NCBI GenBank assembly: GCA_951406725.2
Contig: OX597822.1
Coordinates: 44,578,001-44,642,000 of the forward strand
Origin: Octopus vulgaris
Lineage: Eukaryota
Reading direction: 5' to 3'
Length of the DNA: 64,000 bases
The notes under the pieces are model-generated. The model searched no databases. It was not told the DNA's origin and saw only the letters and a program-made list of their open reading frames with translations. Shown in pieces: positions 29,524-41,725 of the stretch. The first letter of the stretch is position 1. Every line of letters begins with the position of its first letter. The translations under genes and the position numbers were made by a program.

Positions 29524-29774
29524 AACTAAGAAGCGTAAGTCTCGTGATAATAATAATTTTCCACCATAATCATTATACGTTTACAAATGGTTAGATGTTG
29601 CAAATCTAACGATTTCCAGACATCCAAACAATAAAGGGGGAAAATAATTATGAAAGAAGACTCTGCTTCAGTTTTTCTAATATGTTCTACCGTACTACCA
29701 GGATTGTTTTTCAACCTAGTTTTGTTAGATCCTAACAAAACTGTCTGACGAACGGAAACGTGAAACACTGAGTA
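29524..29774 (+). mobile_element. Penelope-like fragment ending in a hammerhead core
   Basis: CTGT-CTGACGA-ACG GAAA CGT-GAAAC-ACTGA-GTA at 29741-29774, then microsatellite. Confidence 0.65.
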
Positions 29775-29962
29775 TGTGTGTATATATGTATGCATGCATG
29801 TATGTATGTATGTATGTATGTATGTATGTATGTATGTATGTATGTATGTATGTATGTATGTATGTATATATGTATCTATATATGTATGTATGTATGTATT
29901 TATGCATGTATGTATATACGTATGTATATGTGTATGTATATATATATATATATATTCATTTA

Positions 29963-30194
29963 TTCTTTTATTTGTTTCAGTCAAAATGACTGTGGTCATA
30001 CTGGAGCATTCACTTTAATTGAGGAAATCGGCGTTATGACTTATTCTTTGTAAGCCTTGTACTTATTCTATCGGTCTCTTTTGCCGAACAGCTAAGTTAC
30101 GGGGATGTAAACACACCAGCATCGATTGTTAAGCGATTGGGGGGGGGACAAACACAGACACACAAACATACACACACACACAGCCATACCTGCG

Positions 30195-30197
<3 letters not shown>
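29963..30197 (-). mobile_element. SINE family A with internal deletion
   Basis: 3' half is joined through (CA)n directly to the first 20 nt or so of the head (CACAGCCATACCTGCGCCT). Confidence 0.8.
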
Positions 30198-30259
<62 letters not shown>

Positions 30260-30440
30260 AAGAGAGTCATGATTATAGCATGATTTAAACGTCATACTAC
30301 CAGGTACATACCCAAATTTAAAATTATTACACACACACACATATTCACACACACACTCATACACATGCACACACATATATACGGTAATATTGAATATTGT
30401 GAATGACTCCTCATTATACACATATATATATATATACCCC

Positions 30441-30479
<39 letters not shown>

Positions 30480-30485
30480 GCCCCC

Positions 30486-30516
<31 letters not shown>

Positions 30517-30641
30517 ACATATGTATGTATATATATATGTATGTATATATATATGTATAGATGCCTGTATGTATTATGTATGTATTTATATACGTGTGTG
30601 CGTGCGTGTATATCGATAGATAAACAGACATAGATTGATTT

Positions 30642-30642
<1 letters not shown>

Positions 30643-30740
<98 letters not shown>

Positions 30741-30742
30741 TA
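30643..30742. repeat. (AGAT)n microsatellite
   Basis: Pure tetranucleotide run. Confidence 0.98.
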
Positions 30743-31520
30743 GATATAATCATGTTCACGATTATATATCTAGGAGGTTGAAGTATTGTCCTGAATGCAA
30801 GACTTTTTTTGTTAATCCATAGCAATCAATTCCAACCTGATTTAAAAGGAGGAAGCGCAAGCATTGTGAGCCCACATGAATTTGAAGTAGGAGTTAATTC
30901 ATTCATTTTCTCTAGAGATTCTTGATAGAATTGATATGTGTAGACAATGGTAACGTGTTTTTATTTCGTTATTGATATCATCTACATAATTCAGTCGTAT
31001 TGTGTATGCAGAAATCCATTGTGTATGTGTGAGTAGAATGATTGTGTAATTAAGAAGCTCCCTTTGGAACCACATTCAAGAGGAAGAAAAAATTTATAAT
31101 GGCATGGCAGCGCAGAAAGAAAGAGTCAAAATTTTCTGCATTTTTGTAAGGATCAGAACAGTTGAAAATGACGTTGTGAGTTCTTAGTGTCTGAAAATCA
31201 TGTAGAATAGAAGCAAGCCTGTAGGTATCACTGTAAACCGATCCTTGAATGATAGGCTCAGGTGCCTGCATATTGGCCCAGCAATTGAATTAGGGACTAG
31301 TTTAACGTGACATTTAATAACGAAATATCCATTAAGCATTTGTAGTTCAACTGTAATATGAAACACAATGTAAACCACTGTAATAAATATGGAAGGGAGA
31401 ACGAAGCATATTCATTATGGGAGAAGCCGTGTTCGATGAAATGAAGGATTGGTATTGAAATAATGTTTCAAAGTAGAACTGCAGGGACTAAAACCTAAGA
31501 GGATATTCTAAAGAAAATGC

Positions 31521-31747
31521 TGCAAGCTGGCAGAAACGTTAGCACGCCGGGCGAAATGCTTAGCGGTATTTTATCTGCTGCTATGTTCTGAGTTCAAATT
31601 CCGCCGAGGCCGACTTTGCCTTTCATCCTTTCGGTGTCTCTTAAATAAGTACCAGTCACGCACTGGGGTCGATGTAATCGACTTAATCCGTTTTTCTGTC
31701 CTTGTTCGTCCCCTCTGTGTTTAGCCCCTTGTGGGTAGTAAAGAAAT
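31521..31747 (+). mobile_element. SINE family B, full length with 21-bp flanking direct repeat (TSD)
   Basis: AGGATATTCTAAAGAAAATGC at 31500-31520 and 31748-31768; B box GAGTTCAAATTCC. Confidence 0.92.
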
Positions 31748-31941
31748 AGGATATTCTAAAGAAAATGCCTACTCTTATGATCGATAATTTTACCACAGAT
31801 TTTACTTCCTGCCATTTCATGAAATGCAAGAGGGACGCTGGCGTTGCTGAGTGGGAAGAAGTTTGCTTCTCAACCACATGGTTCTGGATTCAGTTCCAAA
31901 GCCTTCTGAGTGGGTTTGATACACTCAAATATATGTGTGTG

Positions 31942-31990
<49 letters not shown>

Positions 31991-32187
31991 TTGAAAGTTG
32001 TGTTCTTTTTTGGTACATTTCTTCCAAACAAGACTTCTTTAAGTGCTGTTAACACCGCCGGATTGAGTGATACTGCCCCTGTGTCGAAACCATAAAGATA
32101 TCCGTAGGGCAGCTGATGTTGGATTGTTGGTATGTCTGTTTGGTATATGTGGAATAGTGTTATAACACGTCCATTATACACACACAC

Positions 32188-32261
<74 letters not shown>

Positions 32262-32275
32262 CTATCTATATATAT

Positions 32276-32565
32276 CATTCTTCAGTTTTATTGCAAGATT
32301 TCTTGCTAGTAGAGAAAGAGCTGGTTTCTAACCTAAATACAAGGCTCCTCCATTGAATTTCAACATCAACAGCAGGGTATTTTTGTATGAATGTATCTAT
32401 GTATGTATGTATATGTGCAGATTTGTATGTTTTGCTTTATGTATGTATTCTCATGCACATAGTTGCATAGCTAGACATGTTCATATATACTTAGATATTA
32501 AGCTTCTGGAAAGTTTTACAGATTATTTCAGTTTGAGTGGTGGACTCGATCTACAGTCTTTGTAT
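32276..32565 (-). mobile_element. 3' stub of the RLE-type LINE family also at 51690-52460
   Basis: Shares CAAGGCTCC..GGTATTTTTGTATG..TCATGCACATAGTTGCAT..TTCTGGAAAGTTTTACA with that copy. Confidence 0.75.
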
Positions 32566-32689
32566 TAGCTTTCTCTATGTATGTATGTATGTATGTATGT
32601 ATGTATGTATGTATGTATGTATGTATGTATGTATGCGTGTATGTGTACGTACGTGCATGCATACGTGCGTGCATGTGCATGTTTGTGAG

Positions 32690-32910
32690 TGCGTGTGTGT
32701 GTATCTTTGTCTTTGTGCGTGTGTTTGTCTCACCACACTTTAACAAACTGCCTTGATGTGTTTACGTTCTCGTAATATAGCGGTTCGGAAAGAGAGACCG
32801 ATATAACAAGTATCCGGCTAAAAAAGGTACTGGAATCGATTCAGTCGACTCTTCAAGGCAGTGCCCCAGCATGACCACAATCAAATGATTGAAACTAACG
32901 AAAGATAAAA
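32690..32910 (+). mobile_element. SINE family A, 3' half
   Basis: TAGCGGTTCGG..GAGACCGATA..GGCAGTGCCCCAGCATGACCACAATCAAATGATTGAAAC. Confidence 0.8.
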
Positions 32911-33134
32911 TACGAAAAAAATCAAGTTTTCTCTGAGCTAATGTCCTGTAGGATACACAAATTTATGTTTGGTAAATGAAAACCATTTTTCTCCGGTATT
33001 CCACTTCTTTAAATTCACTCAACAAATATGAAAATATGAACCGAAAATGGAATCAATATTCTTTGGCAGAAGCTGGACTAAAATTATAATTTGGGAATTA
33101 TAATAATAGCAACAACAACGAAAAATACCTAAGG

Positions 33135-33258
33135 AATGAGAACTCAGTTTCGAAATTTCTCCAAGACACTTGATGAAGGCTGGAGGGTATATCAGCTGAA
33201 CTGTTGTGTTAACAACAAACAAGATGAGGACAAGTATCCGTCAAATATAAATAATGGA
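33135..33258 (+). mobile_element. Penelope-like stub with degenerate hammerhead
   Basis: ACAC-TTGATGA-AGGCTG..CAGCT-GAACTGTT-GTGT; stems retained, core mutated. Confidence 0.45.
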
Positions 33259-33504
33259 AAGGAAGTTAGACATGCCTAACTAATTAATAAGTAGATTTAT
33301 TCATTATAATATAGATTGTTAGTATAATTCTGTGACCTGTTCGTACTCTTGTGAAGTGTTCTCAGGTTACTTATGAAGTTTATAGTATACATCTTTTAGG
33401 TTTTTATTTCCGTCCGTAATTACGCTATAAAACGTTTATTTCTTCAGCATGTGTTCAGATATTCGAATTGAGTTGTATATGAACACCTCTTGAATGTATG
33501 TGTA

Positions 33505-33539
<35 letters not shown>

Positions 33540-34380
33540 ACGTGGTTGTGTATATATATGTGCTTACGTGTGTTATAGATAATACCGATTTAATGCTAAA
33601 AGTCTGCTCCATAATAGATATCTTAAAGAACAACTGCAGGTTGAGATCATAGAAACTTTTTATGCAGTGAAGTGTTGAGGATTTTAAGAGGATTTTAGAT
33701 AAAAGATTCTCCTTAAACCGAACGCAACCCAATTCTCCAACAAGTTTAAAGAATACTTGAGACACGAAGCATTTTAAGTGCTGCTTGTATTCTCTGAACG
33801 TTCAACATGGAATTGGATATAAAGCCAAAATATCCGTTTACGGATTATCCATATAAAATTCAGTGCTATATTCCCAGCAGAGAATTAAGAGTATACACTT
33901 CTAATTCTCTCAACACAGAGATAAAGTATAGTCTAACTTTTATCTTTTATTTCATGTTTCAGTCATTAGAGTACAGCCTGGTACTTTTTCCATCGGTCTC
34001 TTTTGCCAAACAGCTTAGTTACAGAGACTTAAACACAAATACTGGTTGTTAAGGAGTGTAATGGAGGACAAACACAGACGCATTTATTTATCTATTTCGC
34101 TATCCAGCCATCGCTCTCTCCTCCTCTCTCTCAACCTCTCTCTCTTTCCCTTTCTCTCTTTCTCTCCCCCTCTCTCTCACTCTATCTGTATATATAGAAT
34201 CAACAGGTTTTTGGAATGTGACGATACGCCATAAAGGATTTAGGGACGGAAAACCTAAGTTAATCCCATAAACCGGCCTTCCCCAGATTTAAAATATATT
34301 GCTCTACATCTTACAGTGTGCATCTTCTTTCAGATTTATGCTTACTACAAACGATATATATATATATATATATACTTATA

Positions 34381-34535
34381 TGACGGCGAGTTGTCTGTCG
34401 GCGATTTGTCTGTCGGCGTATTACTGTCTGTCGGCGAATTGTCTGTCAGCGAATCGTCTGTCGATGAATTGTCTCTCAGCGAATTGTCCGTCAGCGAATT
34501 GTCTGTAAGCGAATTGACTGTCGGCGAATTGTCTG
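34381..34535 (+). repeat. 15-bp tandem minisatellite, about 10 copies (GTCGGCGAATTGTCT)
   Basis: Directly visible head-to-tail units with no spacers. Confidence 0.95.
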
Positions 34536-35687
34536 CACAGAGTACGTTCTGTATATCGATATAATCTGTCCGATGTATTTCATTCCGAAATATTTTACAT
34601 CTAAACTTGGCTGAATTCTCTTATCTCTGTTTCTATATATATATGATACTAGTGTTTCTAGTGTAGAGACTTGGAGAAACCGCATCATATCATCTAGATT
34701 TTATCTAAGTATTTACTAGTTCAAAGGATAATGACTGTTTAAGATATCTACAGTAACAGTTATCGGCTACGCAGACCACACGATTGTGCTTTGCTCGGTC
34801 GAATTAAAACCGATCATAGGCAAGATTTTTTCCTAATTTTTCTTGAGCCCTACGATTCATATGGCAAGTTACACAGATCCTACAAAGTATACAAGAGATC
34901 AGGAACAACAACGCTCTCATTGCAGGGGGTCATCAGAAGCAATTTTGTGGGGAAGACCAATCATTGATGTCGTTTGTATCAACCCCAGTGTTTGTCTGTT
35001 AATTTATTCAATCGACCCCTATAAAAGGCAAAATCACCCTCGACCAGAGTTGAACTCGTAACGTAAATAACCGAAAGAAAGTGTAGTAAGCATTTAATCC
35101 AACTTGCTAACACTGTACTAGCCAGCCAGCCAACCAGCTTCGTTGACATAGATACGGTTACTAAAAATAATATGTGCCACTCTGTGCGTGGAAAGACAAC
35201 ATCAACCGTGAATTAGTGACGCGGATGTTGACGTCAATAACAAGCTTGTCTCTTTAGAAGAACCATTAAAAAAGAACTGATTACAACAAAGAATTAACAA
35301 TTTCAGTGGGAGCAAGGTGACAGATGACACTGCAATTTGATACAACACCACTGACGTCGATGCGCTGGCAGCAAAAATGAGAATACAACATTTCTTGACG
35401 CAAATATGAAAGCTGCTTTCTTGGCGATGTTGTCGACGTTGACGATGTGATATTTATGTTCCTATTAGGCGATTTAGCGGATCAAAGATCATCTGTGTGT
35501 TAAATGATCGTATCTTATCGTATGTCATCTTAAATGACCGGCACAAATGATATAGATAAAAACCACAATGGTTAATAATTGTTGTTTATTGTTGTGGAGA
35601 CAGAAGAGGAAGAAAAAACATTGAAAACAAACGAGCGATGAAAACTGACTGCTGACCTTCAATGTGTTGCAATTCTTATAGAAATAT

Positions 35688-35739
<52 letters not shown>

Positions 35740-35820
35740 ATACACACATAGACAGAGAGACACACGGACATGAGCCCGCGCACATATGATAAAAACGGAT
35801 ATAAAAGAAAAACATGTGTG

Positions 35821-35854
<34 letters not shown>

Positions 35855-36009
35855 CGTGTGTGTGTGTGAATAAATCAATAGATGGATATGCATATGTATA
35901 TCTATGTATGTTTTACAAATATATGCATATGAATATAAGTATACACACACAGATATATATACATGTATATATACGTATATATATATGTGTTTTACACACA
36001 TGTATATAG

Positions 36010-36053
<44 letters not shown>

Positions 36054-36257
36054 ATATTTATATATATATATATATATAAATATACATTTGACATACAAAT
36101 ACAAATACGTATATATATCAATATACATGTAAATATATACTTATATATATATATATATACATATATACATATACATATGAATGTATATATATGCATATGC
36201 ATATGTATATATACATATATATATGTATATATATATATATATATGTATATATATACA

Positions 36258-36289
<32 letters not shown>

Positions 36290-36294
36290 CATAT

Positions 36295-36326
<32 letters not shown>

Positions 36327-36859
36327 TTGGAATATGTTTACACGTATACAAATGTGTATGTATATTTGAATATGTTTATTATATATTCATGTATATATGA
36401 ATGCACACACGCACACACGCACGCACACACGCACATACATACATATATACACACATATATATATATATATTTATATTTATATATGGACACACACACAAAC
36501 ATATACGTTATATTTGTCGCTTCAATGTTCTCCCTGTTAATGTTTACAAGCACGTGCGCACTTCACGCGCATAGACACCCATAGACACACACATTAATGA
36601 CATGACAAAGAAAAATATATATACATATCTATAAATAAAAATAAGGCCACTGATTGTGTGAATACAAAAAAAGCAAACATAAAATAAAAACAAGACAACT
36701 CATCACAAAACTAATTAGTGAAGATTTCTTGGTGGTGTTGACAATATAACGTGTCTACAAAGAAGACTTGTAACCGAAAGAGGCTTCACTATACGCTAGG
36801 TGTTATATTTGTCTGAGTAGACAAACATATAACCCTATACACACACCCCACCCACACAT

Positions 36860-36896
<37 letters not shown>

Positions 36897-36932
36897 CATA
36901 TGTATATACATGTATACATACTTATATACAAA

Positions 36933-36969
<37 letters not shown>

Positions 36970-37231
36970 CGCATACATATATGTGTGTGCGTATGTATGT
37001 ATATTTGTCGTATTTCGATTTACATTCTGACACTTCTATATCTATCTAACTCTGCGCGCGCGCGTGTGAGTATATCTCTGTGTGTGGGTGGGTGGGTTTG
37101 TGTGACGGTGTATGTGTGTGTGTGTGTGTCAGCCTCTGTCTGTGATTTCTAATGTAGAAAAGTCCACTGACATATGTAAGCATGGGTGTGTGCATGCACA
37201 CACATGCACGCATACACACACATATATTGGT

Positions 37232-37262
<31 letters not shown>

Positions 37263-37779
37263 CTTATAGGTATGTATCTTAATATTGTCTCTCTCTTTAC
37301 ATATGTGCGTGAAGGAGTGTGATTGTGTCGATATTAAAACACAGTGTAGCTCTGGGTATATGTGCATTATTGCTCACGTGTGTGTGTATGTGTGTGTTCA
37401 TGTGTGTGCACGCGTGTATGTGTGTGTGTATGTGTGTGTGTGTTTATGTGTGTGCGTGTGTGTATGTGTTAATGTTCGTGTTTAACAGTGTGCATATTTG
37501 CCTGTGTTTGTATTTGGCGAAAATTTCGCAATGTAAAGATCGTAAATGAAGCTACAAAATTCACAAAATGCCTGAGGCCAACAGAGTTGGTCGATAGGAG
37601 TCGATAGAATTTTGAAGAAAGAAAACGAAAGAAAAACTAAGAAGTCCAAAGGAACTAAAACAATGTTACCATGAAATAAACAGACTAAAAAATAAATTTT
37701 AAACTAAATGCAACATCATGGACAATCTCGACATCAGCCATATTGGTACGACTATACTATACTGATTATATGCGTGTGT

Positions 37780-37816
<37 letters not shown>

Positions 37817-38674
37817 TATGTATGTGTGTTTGTGTGTGAGTGTCTGTATATGTGTGTATGTTGGTAGTGCATCAATATCTGACGCTGACAAAGTCTGTGT
37901 TCTCAGTAATGAGAGCGCTTGTAACCTTGCAGTCCAAAGGTGAAAGCACACAGGTGCCCACAAGTGCCCACAGGCTTACAACGAAAGTCTGTTGTCTAAA
38001 TTCAGACGGTCACTGCTCGCTAGGAGATGGACCTTCACGCTGATCTGTGTGCGGCGAAGACTTGAAGTTTGCGCGGACTAATACCGCTCCATTTGCGGTG
38101 GTTTTTCAGGGCATATAAGACACACAAATATATAAAGTGCACCCCAATTTTGGCAGGCTTAATGTACGAGAAAATAAGAACAAAGAAAACTGCTGCGAAC
38201 TCCGAATCGCCTATTTAACGGATATAGGAAGAAAACCCAAATTTACAGATATAGGAAGTGTAGAAATTTAGACTGACGCACTTTGATAAGCAAATATGGA
38301 GGGCTACTTTTCGATATTTACCTTAACACTACTAAATAAAATCAGAGGCCTCTACCGTAATCAGTATTATCCACCCCTAATAACAATAACCAAGCCTACC
38401 TAATATATATATAAATATATATATATAGATGCACACAAACAGATACACCCACAGAAATTCCGATCTCACTTCTAACAACACAATGTGACAATGCGACACG
38501 CCTTGAACATTTTCCAGTGGCCATCTTGGACTTCACCATTCGGTAATCTGAGCATGAACGGTCAAGATTTCAGTAAGAATCCAGCGAAACTTTAAGTTGC
38601 TTGTAACCGAAGCAAAAGGTTTTTTCACATACCTACATACATATACATAATTAACGTACACACACACACACACA

Positions 38675-38736
<62 letters not shown>

Positions 38737-38987
38737 CCGTGAGAGTTAGAGGTTGGGAAGCCAACCAATTAAGGGGTAATACCTATCCAATATACTGATC
38801 TTTAAGGAACTGATCTTTTAATGTTTTACTCTTTTATGTATTACTGGTATATATTTGTGTAGCACACAGTCTTTGTGTGTTTATGTATTCTTATAATATT
38901 CCCTTTTGTTTTGGAATATATAGACATAATAGAACGCCTACCGGCGGATGTATTTCATTTTTGTATCCCGTCCATTTTCTTTTTGCC

Positions 38988-39069
<82 letters not shown>

Positions 39070-39107
39070 GTATAAATATAATATGTGACTATTATTCGGT
39101 AGCCATG

Positions 39108-39166
39108 ATAAGACTCCGAGTTTCGGATGCCGGGGCGGGAACCCACGCCGGCATCTCTTCAGTTAT
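39108..39166 (-). ncRNA. Type I hammerhead ribozyme motif within a Penelope-like element (about 39073-39340)
   Basis: ATAA-CTGAAGA-GATGCCGG..CCGGCATC-C-GAAAC-TCGGA-GTC^TTAT; stem I ATAA/TTAT, 8-bp stem II, stem III ACTC/GAGT. Confidence 0.8.
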
Positions 39167-39880
39167 GGGGCCATCATAAAAGATGCTTTGAAAATGACCG
39201 TTAAACAAATAGAAATTACTTTGTGAATGACCGTTATTAAGACAAAAGAGCTATTACAATGACCGCTAAGTAAGGGGAAGGAGTAAAGGTAAGGGAGTAA
39301 AAATGTTTTACTCCTTTACCTTCACTTAGAGGTCATTGAGCCAGTGTATGTGTTATTGGCATCGGCGTAATAACCCACCCAAGGTGCACCAGAATTTCTT
39401 TCAACACACAAATTCACGTCAAGAGACTTGCAAACCAAATACAAAAGCTTCCATTATCTTTTCTCCTTATTCACGAATCTTTTCAATGCTTTGCATTTCT
39501 TTGTTTCGTTTATCTTTAATAGTTTATCTTCCCTTCCTCGCATCTGCTTATCTCTAAGTTTCAATCTTTTATCTAAGATCTTCTAACTTTCTAACATTTT
39601 ACCTTTCGATTCGTCCACCCGATTCTGCTTTCATCTGTACGCTTCTCTTCCACCATTATCGCTTCCTCATCTTCGTTTCTTGAGAGGACCACGTTATCTT
39701 CCCGTTTTGAAGCTACCTATCGTATCTATATTGACGGTTGCCTAGGTCCGTTGCATTTCCGCAGTTTCAGCTTTCGTCTGAGATATGAAATTCAGCTCAT
39801 TCTCTTACTTTGTCTTCGTCTAACGTTTCAAATCGTTTCTTTGAATTTTTCTCATATATATGAGGCGTGGCTGTGCGAAG

Positions 39881-40041
39881 GTGCAGGCGTAGCTGTGTGG
39901 TAAGAATCCTGCTTTCCAACCACATGGTTCTGCGTTCAGTCCACCTGCGTGGCATCTTGAGCAAGTGTCTTCTACTAGAGCCTCTGGCCGACCAAAGCTT
40001 TGCGAGTGGATATGTTAGATGGAAACTGGAAGAACCCCGTC

Positions 40042-40044
<3 letters not shown>
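39881..40044 (+). mobile_element. SINE family A, 5' half (probable 3' half at about 41520-41725)
   Basis: GCAGGCGTAGCTGTGTGGTAAG..GTTCAGTCCACCTGCGTGGCATCTTGAGCAAGTGTCTT..GGAAACTGGAAGAACCCCGTCGT. Confidence 0.85.
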
Positions 40045-40083
<39 letters not shown>

Positions 40084-40092
<9 letters not shown>

Positions 40093-41031
40093 ATATAAGA
40101 AAAAGGGACAGGCAACAGGTTGCTTGACCGCATACCGAAAAAAATAGAAATAGCAGTCAAGAATGCTTATTTCTATCAAAGTTGGACTCCAGGCACGACA
40201 AACCCTGTAATTCACATATGCAAAACAGAAGGAATAGATAACGAAAACGACGTCTGGTGGTTATACAATATATATACTGAACTTTACAGAAGTTCCTGCC
40301 GGTAATCGGCTATATTTACATACCGAATTCTACCAGTAAATAATTGGGTTTTTTTTAAAAGCCTTTATAGAAATTATTTACTCTTATTATTATATTACTA
40401 TTTGGATTTTTCACTCCCTTATGACAACCCAATAGTTCCTAATCATATGGAACTATTTTTGTAGTGCGCATGGCAAGATTTTGGAGGGAAGATTTACGAA
40501 TTCAAACGTCTATGTAGGTTTAGCTTTTGCTCACTTTCTTCAAATATTTTGATGTCGCATGGTCAGAAGGTTTGAGGTACGTAGCATTTGATAAATCTAT
40601 GATAAATCTTTTTCAATGGAAAGCTGTGCTGAAGAAGGATGTGAAATATATATGCAATGTATATGAAATATATATCAAAAATATATATATGAAATATATA
40701 TTCAATATGTTTATAATCCAGAAACATGATGTTCACAGATAACCACCAGACTTCGTTTTCGTTATCTATTCCTTCTGTTTTGTATATGTGAATTACAGGG
40801 TTTGTCGTGCCTGGAGTCCAACTTTGATAGAAATAAGCATTCTTGACTGCTATTTCTATTTTTTCGGTATGCGGTCAAGCAACCTGTTGCCTGTCCTTTT
40901 TCTTATATACAATATATATACTGAACTTTACAGAAGTTCCTGCCGGTAATCGGCTATATTTACATACCGAATTCTACCAGTAAATAATTGGGGTTTTTTT
41001 AAAAGCCTTTATAGAAATTATTTACTCTTAT

Positions 41032-41038
<7 letters not shown>
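40084..41038 (+). mobile_element. Penelope-like / retrozyme-like element with layout inverted-A, B, C, A, B
   Basis: 40084-40264 is the reverse complement of about 40739-40919; 40265-40394 is directly repeated at 40909-41038; hammerhead in C; flanked by (TA)n; no ORF. Confidence 0.85.
40624..40738 (+). ncRNA. Type I hammerhead ribozyme motif with long AT-rich loop 2
   Basis: CTGTG-CTGAAGA-aGGAT...ATCCa-GAAAC-ATGAT-GTT^CACAG; stem I CTGTG/CACAG, stem III ACAT/ATGT. Confidence 0.7.
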
Positions 41039-41073
<35 letters not shown>

Positions 41074-41330
41074 TGAGGAAGATAAATTAATATTAATTTT
41101 AATATCAATTTAAAACCAGTAGTCCAGCATACAAAAAATCTGAGAAGTCAGAGAAAATTCTAATATATGTGTATATTGGCAGGGCTGGACTGCTAGGTAG
41201 TCGGCCGTATGCTAGAAACAGATCAACGATCAAACTACAAAGGAAATTCTCTAGAGGAAAAATTCAGCGAACACCAGAACCAAATTTGGCGGGCAGGACA
41301 GATGAAAATTTATATAAAAAAACAGAATTA

Positions 41331-41407
41331 AATGCATACCTCGGTTTCGGCCTTTAACAAAAGAATTACTTACATAATTCAAATGTCCGTGGCTTCATCA
41401 GTGCATT
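41331..41407 (-). ncRNA. Type I hammerhead ribozyme motif within a Penelope-like element (about 41067-41410)
   Basis: AATGCA-CTGATGA-aGCC..GAATTA-tgtaag-TAATTC..GGCc-GAAAC-CGAG-GTA^TGCATT; perfect 6-bp stem I. Confidence 0.8.
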
Positions 41408-41453
41408 CGTTCCGTGTGAATGCAAACTGAAAAACTAACCCCAGCTTTCTACG

Positions 41454-41510
<57 letters not shown>

Positions 41511-41519
41511 GTATATATG

Positions 41520-41725
41520 TGTGTGTGTCTTTGTGTCTGTGTTTGTCTCTCCACCATCGCTTGACAAATGATGTTGGTGTGTTTATGACCCCAAAACTTA
41601 GCGGTTCGTCAAAAGTGACCGATATAATAAGTACAAATCTTACAGGGGTCGATTTGTTCGACTGAACGCGGTGCCCCAGCATGGCTGCAGTCAAATGAGT
41701 GAAACGTGTAAAATGATAAAAGAGT
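41520..41725 (+). mobile_element. SINE family A, 3' half
   Basis: CACCATCGCTTGACAA..CTTAGCGGTTCG..GGGGTCGATTTGTTCGACT..GCGGTGCCCCAGCATGGCTGCAGTCAAATGAGTGAAAC. Confidence 0.85.

Noticed and set aside
34381-34535. CRISPR-like array
   Set aside because: No unique spacers, 15-bp unit, eukaryotic context, no cas genes
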